A program made the position numbers and the translations under genes. From Candidatus Parcubacteria bacterium (GTDB lineage Bacteria > Patescibacteriota > Patescibacteriia > Patescibacteriales > UBA12075), in the NCBI GenBank assembly GCA_963814275.1, contig CAWFCE010000002.1, positions 1,131,263 through 1,195,262 of the forward strand: a stretch of DNA of 64,000 bases, given 5' to 3'. Below, in pieces: positions 56,868 through 64,000 of the stretch. The notes under the pieces were generated by a model. It ran no database searches and was not told the DNA's origin. It worked only from the letters and a program-made list of their open reading frames with translations. Position 1 is the stretch's first letter. Each line of letters starts with the position of its first letter.

Positions 56868-57104
56868 TTAATTTCAATTATGAATTAATGCCAAAGCGCT
56901 ACAGAAAAGCGCGTTATGATCAATTCATAATCCTCTTCACATGAAGGCCGCCCCCAGCGTCCACAAAACCATGGTGAAAATTATCATGGCGGTCAAAAAC
57001 ATCCAGACGATTTTGGTTACGGTTTTTCTTTTCATAGGAATTAATTATGCCAATTTGCGAATCTATCCACGGCATTCGCGTGATTCGTATAATGGCGACA
57101 AATT

Positions 57105-58994
57105 TCATTTTTTAAGTATTTTGACGAAAGTATCAGATGGTATTTCGACACTGCCTTTCCCGGCCGCCATCATCTTTTTCTTTCCCCGCTTCTGCTTTTC
57201 CAGAAGCTTCCTCTTCCGGCTCACGTCTCCGCCGTATAGCTTGGCGGTAACGTCCTTGCGCAGTGCCGACAGGCGTTCCGCCGCCACGATCTTGCCGCCG
57301 ACTGTCGCCTGGATCTTCAATACGAACATTTGCTTGGGCATATTGTCCTTAAGGGTGGCAACGATCTCGCGGCCGCGCCGGGCCGAGTCGTCGCCATACA
57401 CGATCAACGACAGCGCCTCCACCGGTTCTTCAGCGACCATTATATCCATTTTCACCACTTTGGCGTCGCGATAGCAGAAAAATTCGTAATTGATCGAGGC
57501 ATAACCTGAACTGACCCCTTTTATCTTATCATAAAAATCGGTCAAGATCATGCTCATCGGTATTTCATAGTGCAGGATTGCCCGTGTTTGGTCGATATAT
57601 TCGGTATTGCGGTAAATCCCCCGCCTTTCCTGCGCCAGATTCATGATATTCCCCACATAATCTTTGGGGGTGATGACATCGAGTTTGACCCATGGTTCTT
57701 CGATCCGTTCGATCGTTTCCTGGTCCGGGAATTGCTGAGGCGTACGCATCGTAAATTCCTCACCGTTCTTCCGGTGGACTTTATAAGCGACGCTCGGCAG
57801 AGTGACGATCAATTCGATGCCGTGTTCCCGCCGCAGGCGTTCCTGAAAAATCTCCAGATGCAAGATGCCGAGAAAACCGCAGCGAAAACCGAAACCGAGG
57901 GCTTGCGATTGTTCCGGTTCATACACCAGCGCGGCATCGTTCAATTTCAATTTTTCGATCGCTTCGCGTAACTCTTGGTATTCATTGCCTTCTTTGGGAA
58001 AAATACCGGCAAAAACCATCGGTTTGACTTCTTTGTACCCCTTGAGCGGTCTCAATGCTGTCCGCATATCCCCAGTCTCATCTTTTGTGCCTTTAGTCCG
58101 TATATACCGGGCCTGCGTAACCGTATCCCCTACGCGGCACTCGCTGACATCTTTGAATCCCGTGATAATATAACCGATTTGGCCGCAATTCAGGACACCG
58201 GTAGAATAATAATCAGGTTTGAACAAACCCACGTCCAAGGCGCCGCTTTCCGCCCGGGTAGCCATCAGTTTGATCTCTTCGCCCTTTTTGACTGCCCCAT
58301 CGAAAACCCTGATATAAGCCACAACACCCTTGTACTCATCGTAATTTGAATCGAAGATCAATGCCCGCAACGGCCGCTTTTCAAAGGATATTTCATGCTT
58401 GTCCGCTGCCTGGTTTGGCAGCATCCCATCCTGTAGGGGCAATTCATGAATTACCCCTACAGGATGGGGGATTTTTTCTATTACGGCGTTCAGGATGTCG
58501 GCCACGCCCGCGCCGGTCTTGCCGGAGGCATAAATGATTTCTTCTTCGCCGCAGCCTAACAACTCGACTATTTCCCTTGTAGTTTTATCTTTGTCCGCGG
58601 CCGGCAGATCGATCTTGTTAACGACCGGGATGATCACCAGGTCCTGTTCCAGCGCCAGATACAGATTGGCCAAAGTCTGCGCCTGGATCCCTTGGGTGGC
58701 GTCAACCAAAAGGACCGCCCCTTCAACCGCGGCCAGCGAACGCGAAACCTCATAGCTGAAATCGACATGGCCGGGCGTATCGATAAGGTTCAAAATGAAC
58801 CCGCGGTAATTCATCGTTACCGGCTGTAATTTGATGGTTATACCGCGCTCCCGCTCCAGGTCCATCCGGTCCAATACCTGATTTTTCATTTTCCGCTTAT
58901 CGATCGTATTGGTTATCTCAAGCATCCGGTCGGCCAGAGTGGATTTGCCGTGGTCAATATGGGCGATAATGCAAAAATTCCTTATTTTTTCCAT
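57105..58994 (-). CDS. lepA: Elongation factor 4 (LepA) with a ~27-aa insertion
   Basis: IRNFCIIAHIDHGKSTLADR, DTPGHVDF, NKIDL. LepA C-terminal domain. Confidence 0.96.
   Translation of the reverse strand: MEKIRNFCIIAHIDHGKSTLADRMLEITNTIDKRKMKNQVLDRMDLERERGITIKLQPVTMNYRGFILNLIDTPGHVDFSYEVSRSLAAVEGAVLLVDATQGIQAQTLANLYLALEQDLVIIPVVNKIDLPAADKDKTTREIVELLGCGEEEIIYASGKTGAGVADILNAVIEKIPHPVGVIHELPLQDGMLPNQAADKHEISFEKRPLRALIFDSNYDEYKGVVAYIRVFDGAVKKGEEIKLMATRAESGALDVGLFKPDYYSTGVLNCGQIGYIITGFKDVSECRVGDTVTQARYIRTKGTKDETGDMRTALRPLKGYKEVKPMVFAGIFPKEGNEYQELREAIEKLKLNDAALVYEPEQSQALGFGFRCGFLGILHLEIFQERLRREHGIELIVTLPSVAYKVHRKNGEEFTMRTPQQFPDQETIERIEEPWVKLDVITPKDYVGNIMNLAQERRGIYRNTEYIDQTRAILHYEIPMSMILTDFYDKIKGVSSGYASINYEFFCYRDAKVVKMDIMVAEEPVEALSLIVYGDDSARRGREIVATLKDNMPKQMFVLKIQATVGGKIVAAERLSALRKDVTAKLYGGDVSRKRKLLEKQKRGKKKMMAAGKGSVEIPSDTFVKILKK
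58425..58468. repeat. 44-bp near-perfect palindrome inside lepA
   Basis: CCCATCCTGTAGGGGCAATTCA|TGAATTACCCCTACAGGATGGG, with 1 mismatch. Both strands encode IHELPLQDG. Confidence 0.9.
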
Positions 58995-59117
58995 ATGTTA
59001 ACAAAGTCAGCGGGATAATAGACCTACTACCCCGCAACACATATATAGTACTAATTTCCCCCCTTAAAGTCAAATGAAAAAGCAGGCAAAAGACACCTGC
59101 TTTTAGAAAACGTTAAA

Positions 59118-59525
59118 CTAGACCACGTCGATATAAGCTTGCCATATCCCCCAATATATCGAACACATTTCAATATATTTGTCTAAAAATCCGGCTTGCA
59201 AATAACCATGCGAGACAGCTATGTCCCTGGCGGTTTCAGCACTAAAGGGCGGAGCCAAGGATCTGACCTGGCCGATCAGGGCGTTCAGCTCAGCAACATA
59301 AAATTCTCCCGCCCGATTGCTGTTTAGCACTTGCCCGGACCGGCAAAAAAACTGCTTACGATCGGGGTAGGCCATAAGCTCCAGGATGGTTTTTCCCCGC
59401 TCGATGTCGTGAAGCCGCCAAACAAGTACCGGAGTGAGGATATAGCGGCGATTAATTACCATATCCGCTTTTTGTAAATACATGATCCAAACCCTGAATG
59501 CGTCATCCAGATTTACAAGGTACAT
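59118..59525 (-). CDS. Hypothetical protein (135 aa), SD-led
   Basis: GGAGGTG SD. The ATG lies 4 nt after the stop of the -1 frame continuation of the upstream permease gene. Confidence 0.65.
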   Translation of the reverse strand: MYLVNLDDAFRVWIMYLQKADMVINRRYILTPVLVWRLHDIERGKTILELMAYPDRKQFFCRSGQVLNSNRAGEFYVAELNALIGQVRSLAPPFSAETARDIAVSHGYLQAGFLDKYIEMCSIYWGIWQAYIDVV

Positions 59526-59599
59526 TTTTCACCTCCTCGTCAAATAACCGACAATCAAACCGTTAAAAATCGAGAATATCATAATATACAAACTCATAA

Positions 59600-60037
59600 T
59601 CACGGTATATTCCAGTCCGAAATAATAGATCGAGACCGGCACAAAGGGAATCTTGACGTTACGGTTAACAGAAATACGGCCAAAAACGAATTGTTCAGTC
59701 CGTTGGTTTTGAGCTCATGCAGCAAGGGATACAGGACATAGGGCGGCCCGCCGATCAGGATGCCGGCGAGCAAAACGATCAGCCAGCCTTTAATACCGCG
59801 GGCTCCGGACAGCAGTTTTTTGATTTTTCCCCGTTCCAGCAAAATATTAATTACGAACAAAACACTAAAAACCAAAAATAAGACGGGAATGATCTTCCAA
59901 AACATCGTCAGGGCGCCCTTGAAAGCAGCATAGAAATACTGCGGGTTAACTAACAGCCCAATAATATATACAACCAATACTCCGCCGAAAAATTTTATTG
60001 TCCCGGAAACTTTGATTTTTGCCGGTCTTTTATCCAT
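59600..60037 (-). CDS. Small membrane permease-like subunit; 3' end probably frameshifted
   Basis: Multi-TM. Resembles the paired small 'predicted permease' subunits (ArsP_1-like). The hydrophobic continuation is in the -1 frame down to 59529. Confidence 0.6.
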   Translation of the reverse strand: MDKRPAKIKVSGTIKFFGGVLVVYIIGLLVNPQYFYAAFKGALTMFWKIIPVLFLVFSVLFVINILLERGKIKKLLSGARGIKGWLIVLLAGILIGGPPYVLYPLLHELKTNGLNNSFLAVFLLTVTSRFPLCRSRSIISDWNIP

Positions 60038-60446
60038 TTAGCAAATTTACGCTGATTACTGTTATGATCGCAATTATAATAGACATCAAAAAATTTACCG
60101 CATTACGGATTACCGCGAAACGACGGCCCAGATACTTTGCTTCCAGGGGAAGCATCACTACGCCAACCGTGCTCCAGGTCAGAAGAAATGCCGTAATAGC
60201 GATCAAACTCACACCCTGTTTTAAAAGTTCGCCACCGATCACGTAACTGGTCAGGGGGATGCCGAAAGAAATCGATCCGGCCATGGCCCCGGCCAAGGGG
60301 TCAATAATAAAATTACCGGTAAATAACTTATTATATAGGCCGGTGAAAAGAGGGTTGACCAGGTTCACCAATAGAAAAATCCCCCCGATCATTGGCAGGG
60401 CGATTTTCAGATTACTTAAGGTTTTTAGCAACGCTTGCTTCATCAC
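60030..60446 (-). CDS. Small membrane permease-like subunit
   Basis: 138 aa, 4 TM helices. 8-nt overlap with the downstream paralogous-type subunit. Confidence 0.65.
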   Translation of the reverse strand: MMKQALLKTLSNLKIALPMIGGIFLLVNLVNPLFTGLYNKLFTGNFIIDPLAGAMAGSISFGIPLTSYVIGGELLKQGVSLIAITAFLLTWSTVGVVMLPLEAKYLGRRFAVIRNAVNFLMSIIIAIITVISVNLLNG

Positions 60447-60530
60447 AAAAACATTATTTAAGAAAGTCAGAAATAACAGCCAAACAACTGATAAACATCA
60501 CAGTCACCGCTAAAGCCGCGGCGAAGCCAA

Positions 60531-60596
60531 ACAATTTCCAGCCTCAAATTTCCAGTCTCAAATTTCCAGTCTCAAATCTCCAGTTTCAAATTTTTT
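60531..60596. repeat. Tandem repeat, ~4.5 x 14 bp
   Basis: (A)CAATTTCCAG, CCTCAAATTTCCAG, TCTCAAATTTCCAG, TCTCAAATCTCCAG, TTTCAAATTTTTT. Contains the stop of 60572..61069. Confidence 0.9.
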
Positions 60597-61069
60597 CCCG
60601 GTCCCTGTTTATAATTCTTCTTTTTGCCCAATGGCTCGCGTCCGTGCCCCGTTTCTTTGCGGTATTCTTCACTCGCCTCTTTTGTGACCATATATACCCG
60701 TTCTTCCTCTCCATGCCTAACCACTATCCCCTTGGTCCCTTCCGGCAGGTCGAACCAGGTCTTCTTCTCGTAGCCGGAGTCGACCGGGATGTCGACTGGT
60801 TCGGGATGAAGGTAATCCCAGCGGCCCCCCTTAAGCGATTCTTCTTTGGCCCAGCCGGTCTTCGGCAGCTTTAGGCGCTCGTCTTTGTTGCCCCAAAGTT
60901 TCAGCTGTATCCCTCTCTTCGTCCTGACCGGCAAGACTGCGTCCTTATGCCAAAAGAACGATTCAACCCGTCCGGATGATTTGAACCGTTCGATCAGTTG
61001 CGGAGAATAATATTTCTTAAGCTCCTCCTCGGGAATATTCCTGGTTTTATAGCCGACGCCACCGCACAT
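60572..61069 (-). CDS. SRAP (YedK/HMCES, DUF159)-like protein, short divergent form
   Basis: Starts MCGG (Cys2). Has WG, AKEE (for NARxE), SGYEKKTWF (for GFYEW) and MVTKEA....HGREPL (for VT..A..IH.R.P). Confidence 0.55.
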   Translation of the reverse strand: MCGGVGYKTRNIPEEELKKYYSPQLIERFKSSGRVESFFWHKDAVLPVRTKRGIQLKLWGNKDERLKLPKTGWAKEESLKGGRWDYLHPEPVDIPVDSGYEKKTWFDLPEGTKGIVVRHGEEERVYMVTKEASEEYRKETGHGREPLGKKKNYKQGPGKNLKLEI

Positions 61070-61078
61070 AAAATTAAG

Positions 61079-61210
61079 CTCTAAATTCTAAACTCTAAAT
61101 TCTAAACAAATTCAAATTCCCCAAATTCCAAATATTAATGACGTAATCATGGTTTAATTCATTCGAATTTAGAATTTGTTTTGAATTTAGGATTTCGTGC
61201 TTAGAATTTA
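61079..61210. repeat. Repeat family B, copy 3, arranged as an imperfect ~25-bp inverted repeat
   Basis: CTAAATTCTAAACAAATTCAAATTC (61095-61119) versus the reverse complement of 61165-61190, CTAAATTCAAAACAAATTCTAAATTC. Confidence 0.7.
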
Positions 61211-61224
61211 TTCTACAACATTTA

Positions 61225-62445
61225 TTACCTTACTTCAACCGTCTTCCGGAAACCGATCCGGTCTCTTGCGATTTTGTCCGTGCCGAACATCCGGCCGGCC
61301 ACGACTGTGTATTCGCCGTATTTATCATTTATCCTGTCCAGGGCCTTCGAAAGGCCCTTAACGCTTAAGTTGTCGGAAAAAAGGGACATTTGCTTCGATA
61401 CCGGCGTCAGGCGGCCGACCGAAACGGCCACCATGCGCACCGGCATCAGCAGCCTGGTTTCGGCGAGGAAGCGGCCGGCCTGGGCGTAGATCTCCTCGGT
61501 CGTGAACATCTTGTCCGCTGTCGCGCGGCTACGGCCGGCGCCGCCGCCCCGGGTATAGGCCAGGAAGACGCTGATGTTTTGCGCTTCCCGGTCCTGTCCT
61601 CTCAGGCGGCGGCCGGTTTTTTCGCATAATTTATATAACACCGTAGCTAAATATTCCTTGTCGGCCGTTTTCTTCGGCAGGCAGTACGAATGGCCGATGT
61701 TTTTCGGCTCCTTGACCCCTTTATTGACCGCGGATATTTCCTCGCCGTTCACGTTGGCCCACAGGTAATAACCGTAGCGGCCAAGGGCGCGCCGGATCCG
61801 GTCCGGGCTGAAATTCTTGAGGTCAGCGAGGGTTTTGATGCCGAGCATATTGAGCCGCGCCTCCATCCGGTAGTTTATCCCCCAGGCGTCCTGGAGCGGC
61901 CGGCCCTCCAGTATCCCGGCGAGCTTGTCCCGGCTGTCGATCGTAAGGGCGCTTTTCTTGGGCGCGATATCGGAAGCGAACTTGGCGAGCCATTTGGTCC
62001 AGGATATCCCGACCGATGAGCCCAGCCACTCCCCCGCTTCCCGCCTGATCCGGTGCTGGATCTCGCGCCCGAGCTGTTCGGCGCGGTTGAAATCAGGGAC
62101 CCAGCCGGAAAGGTCGAGGAAGGCCTCATCGATACTGTACGGCTCGACCGTGTCGGTGTACTGCGCCAGGATCCGGAAGACCGCCTCGGTCGTGGAACGG
62201 TACTTGGCCGGCTCATTCTCGATCAAGATGACGTTCGGGTCAAGCGCCTGCGCCTCCCGGACCGTGCAGCCGGTCTTGATCCCCTTAGCCTTGGCCTCGA
62301 CCGAAGAAGCGATCACACAGCCGCCGGGCGACAAATACGCGCACACCCCGACCGGCTTGCCCCTGAGGAACGGATTAGCCTGCTGTTCGACAGAGGCAAA
62401 ATAGCTGTTCATGTCTATATGAAGGATAATTCGATTTTTTTGCAT
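61225..62445 (-). CDS. dinB: DNA polymerase IV
   Basis: ILHIDMNSYFASVEQ, SIDEAFLD. Y-family little-finger domain. 406 aa. Confidence 0.95.
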   Translation of the reverse strand: MQKNRIILHIDMNSYFASVEQQANPFLRGKPVGVCAYLSPGGCVIASSVEAKAKGIKTGCTVREAQALDPNVILIENEPAKYRSTTEAVFRILAQYTDTVEPYSIDEAFLDLSGWVPDFNRAEQLGREIQHRIRREAGEWLGSSVGISWTKWLAKFASDIAPKKSALTIDSRDKLAGILEGRPLQDAWGINYRMEARLNMLGIKTLADLKNFSPDRIRRALGRYGYYLWANVNGEEISAVNKGVKEPKNIGHSYCLPKKTADKEYLATVLYKLCEKTGRRLRGQDREAQNISVFLAYTRGGGAGRSRATADKMFTTEEIYAQAGRFLAETRLLMPVRMVAVSVGRLTPVSKQMSLFSDNLSVKGLSKALDRINDKYGEYTVVAGRMFGTDKIARDRIGFRKTVEVR

Positions 62446-62523
62446 ATGATATCGGAATAAAAAATTAAACGCCAGGTTATATCTTTACAAAATCCTTGTC
62501 CTATGGTACAGTGATCCGTTAAA

Positions 62524-62532
62524 TGCTATAAT
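62524..62532 (+). promoter_or_regulatory. Extended -10 promoter element
   Basis: TGCTATAAT, 65 nt upstream of the ATG at 62597. Confidence 0.5.
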
Positions 62533-62596
62533 ATAAGCAGAAAGCAAAAAGGGCCTTTTCATCTTTTCAATAAAATTTTTCAAAGGAGAACATAAA

Positions 62597-62824
62597 ATGG
62601 AGAGAAGGGATTTCGACTTTTGCGTACCGACAAGGACCAGGATTTCCGATTTTTTCAGTGACAACTTTCCCCGGCTTTACTCCTTCTTTGAAGTTGCTTT
62701 GGGCATCTGCTCCTATTTACTGCTGGACCCGGTCGTAAAGTTTTGCAATTGGTCGGCCGGCACAGTTGCCTATTACTGCAATTACTACTTCGGGTTTTGG
62801 CCCGGAGCTAAAAAAGGAGATTGA
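62597..62824 (+). CDS. Hypothetical small protein (75 aa), SD-led
   Basis: AAGGAG SD 8 nt upstream, extended -10 promoter, own terminator. Aromatic/Cys-rich with a hydrophobic centre. Confidence 0.6.
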   Translation: MERRDFDFCVPTRTRISDFFSDNFPRLYSFFEVALGICSYLLLDPVVKFCNWSAGTVAYYCNYYFGFWPGAKKGD

Positions 62825-62847
62825 AACTTTTAATTCAGTTCCACCCA

Positions 62848-62877
62848 AACAGGGTCCGGCAAAGGACTCTGTTTTTT
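62848..62877 (+). terminator. Rho-independent terminator
   Basis: 10-bp stem AACAGGGTCC / GGACTCTGTT (one G-U pair), 6-nt loop, T6. Confidence 0.78.
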
Positions 62878-62967
62878 ATTATTCACGACTACGAACGAAC
62901 AAAATACGAAACTAAAAACCAATTTTTAAGGGGCTGCGCCAAATACGCTTAAGGCCCCTTTTTGCTT

Positions 62968-63354
62968 TTAATCAATCCACTCCATCTTGATCCCCAGGAC
63001 TTTTTCCAGGAAATCAAACACTTCCTCAAGGCCGGGTGATTTTTTTCCCACCTCGGCATATCCTTCTTTTTTATACTCTTTTTTTATGCTCGCGAATTCA
63101 CGTGGTTTAATTCCGATTCTTTCGAAAGCGGCATTTTTGATATCCCGCAACGTCAGTCTTTTTAGATTGCCCTCATCACGGTAATAGAAAATAGCCTTGA
63201 TGAAGCGCCGCAATTCATTGTCCCAGCCCTTTTTCGCGACTATTTCCGTATCTTTTTCAACTTCGGAAAGCACGGCGAAGTCGTCGGCCCATTGGCAGAT
63301 GGTGACAATGTTGCATTGAAACTTTTCGTTAATCATAACTTTTGAAATGATCAT
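62968..63354 (-). CDS. Hypothetical protein (128 aa; 122 aa from the ATG at 63336)
   Basis: Downstream member of an overlapping gene pair. The ATG at 63336 forms an ATGATTAA overlap with the upstream stop. Confidence 0.6.
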   Translation of the reverse strand: MIISKVMINEKFQCNIVTICQWADDFAVLSEVEKDTEIVAKKGWDNELRRFIKAIFYYRDEGNLKRLTLRDIKNAAFERIGIKPREFASIKKEYKKEGYAEVGKKSPGLEEVFDFLEKVLGIKMEWID

Positions 63355-63529
63355 GGCGAAGCAATTTGTACTTTACTCCATAGGTGTTGCGCCCCGTCAA
63401 TGAAGCGATTCTGCCAATATAGGTGACCCGCCTGGCCGCAAAACCGCCATTTTTCAGGTTTTTGATCACGACAACCGGCTCCTTTTTTCTATTCCGCATT
63501 TTTTCTTCCAAGTCAGCTTGATCTATCAT
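63329..63529 (-). CDS. Hypothetical basic protein (66 aa)
   Basis: AAGGGGAG SD-like sequence upstream. Overlaps the next gene. Confidence 0.5.
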   Translation of the reverse strand: MIDQADLEEKMRNRKKEPVVVIKNLKNGGFAARRVTYIGRIASLTGRNTYGVKYKLLRHDHFKSYD

Positions 63530-63681
63530 TTTCCGTCTCCCCTTCTTCCTGTGTTTAAGTTCATTTGAAGAACCCGGACATATTATGGCAAAGATTCAAA
63601 AAGCACATACACGCAATTAATAAACTTAAGCAATTTATGCTAAAATGTCAAGCAATAAGCCAACCTACTCCTGCCAATATT

Positions 63682-63930
63682 TTAACCTTCGTAGAACAAT
63701 TCCTTCAGCCGCCAGCTTAAGTCGCGGGTGAAGAAGGCCAGGCGGAAATAATTGGTTTTGTCGGAAACGCTGAAATAATAGATCTTGTCGTTGCCGTCGC
63801 GCTCACGGTGCACCAGATTGATCTTTTCTATCTTATATGTCCGGTTTTTCCACTTGAAATAAGACGGCATGACCTTGCTCCCGCTGAATTTGACGATTAT
63901 ATCGATTGGATCATTTAATTTCTCAAACAT
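63682..63930 (-). CDS. Hypothetical protein (82 aa)
   Basis: Clean ORF with beta-rich composition (YFKWKNRTYKIEKINLVHRE..YYFSVS..YFRLAFF). No family recognised. Confidence 0.55.
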   Translation of the reverse strand: MFEKLNDPIDIIVKFSGSKVMPSYFKWKNRTYKIEKINLVHRERDGNDKIYYFSVSDKTNYFRLAFFTRDLSWRLKELFYEG

Positions 63931-64000
63931 AAGATTAGACGATAGTAAGCAGTAAACAAACGACAGAATCGATAAATTGAAATTAAATCTTAAATCTAAA

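Noticed and set aside
57105-57107. Alternative genetic code (UGA recoded, as in some CPR lineages)
   Set aside because: TGA terminates conserved genes at their expected ends (lepA, L36, the SRAP-like gene), and no conserved gene shows in-frame TGA. The standard code 11 fits.
56920-57108. 62-aa minus-strand ORF filling the lepA-recJ gap, with its ATG overlapping the lepA TGA (ATGA)
   Set aside because: The coupling geometry is suggestive. However, the sequence has no recognisable features and an equally long plus-strand ORF covers the same DNA. It was left unannotated and should be checked by conservation.
62928-62963. Second plus-strand terminator-like hairpin (AAGGGGC/GCCCCTT plus T5) as evidence for a small RNA gene
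   Set aside because: No promoter or conserved structure could be identified between the two hairpins. It may simply be a stabilising hairpin downstream of the convergent minus-strand gene 62968..63354.

Overview
This 64-kb fragment looks like a small, streamlined bacterial genome of the Candidate Phyla Radiation / Patescibacteria (Parcubacteria-like) type. That assignment is an inference from gene content: mostly SD-less compact genes, extended or trimmed ribosomal and RNAP proteins, a DUF5679 mini-gene, and an orphan T4CP-like ATPase. The genetic code is standard, since TGA terminates conserved genes such as lepA. About 90% of genes lie on the minus strand.

Contents by block:
- ftsQ-like 3' end, a Xer recombinase, an M23 peptidase and gltX.
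- A GT26-Nudix fusion, thpR, an AmmeMemoRadiSam-type radical SAM enzyme, and a CIRCE-controlled clpB.
- greA and a surface-polysaccharide cluster (O-antigen-ligase-like, DUF192, GT2, GT4, flippase).
- The alpha-operon block infA-rpmJ-rpsM-rpsK-rpsD-rpoA-rplQ plus rplM-rpsI.
- alaS, then an AT-rich block of SD-led orphan genes ending at tRNA-Gln.
- ftsEX and an RlpA-DacB fusion, tRNA-Gly and tRNA-Thr, a DivIC-like gene, and a P-type ATPase.
- A processive GT2 synthase, DUF1361, and a membrane protein plus T4CP-like ATPase pair.
- A sigma-region-4/HARE-HTH protein and a dcw block (mraY-ftsW-murG-murC-ABC-murB).
- tRNA-Val, rnhA, recJ, lepA, a permease pair, an SRAP-like gene with dinB, and terminal orphans.

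I found no rRNA, CRISPR array, transposase or phage genes.

The observations most worth a second look are:
- The split T4CP-like module (40061-43620).
- A dif-like site beside xer.
- RpoA without an alpha-CTD but with an AT-hook.
- The sigma-r4/HARE-HTH protein.
- A tRNA 5'-half duplicate overlapping the rnhA stop codon.
- An in-frame 44-bp palindrome in lepA.
- Three dispersed repeat families built from 7-nt sub-repeats.
- A 61-bp tandem unit next to tRNA-Gln.

All homology calls come from motif recognition by eye. No database search was run.
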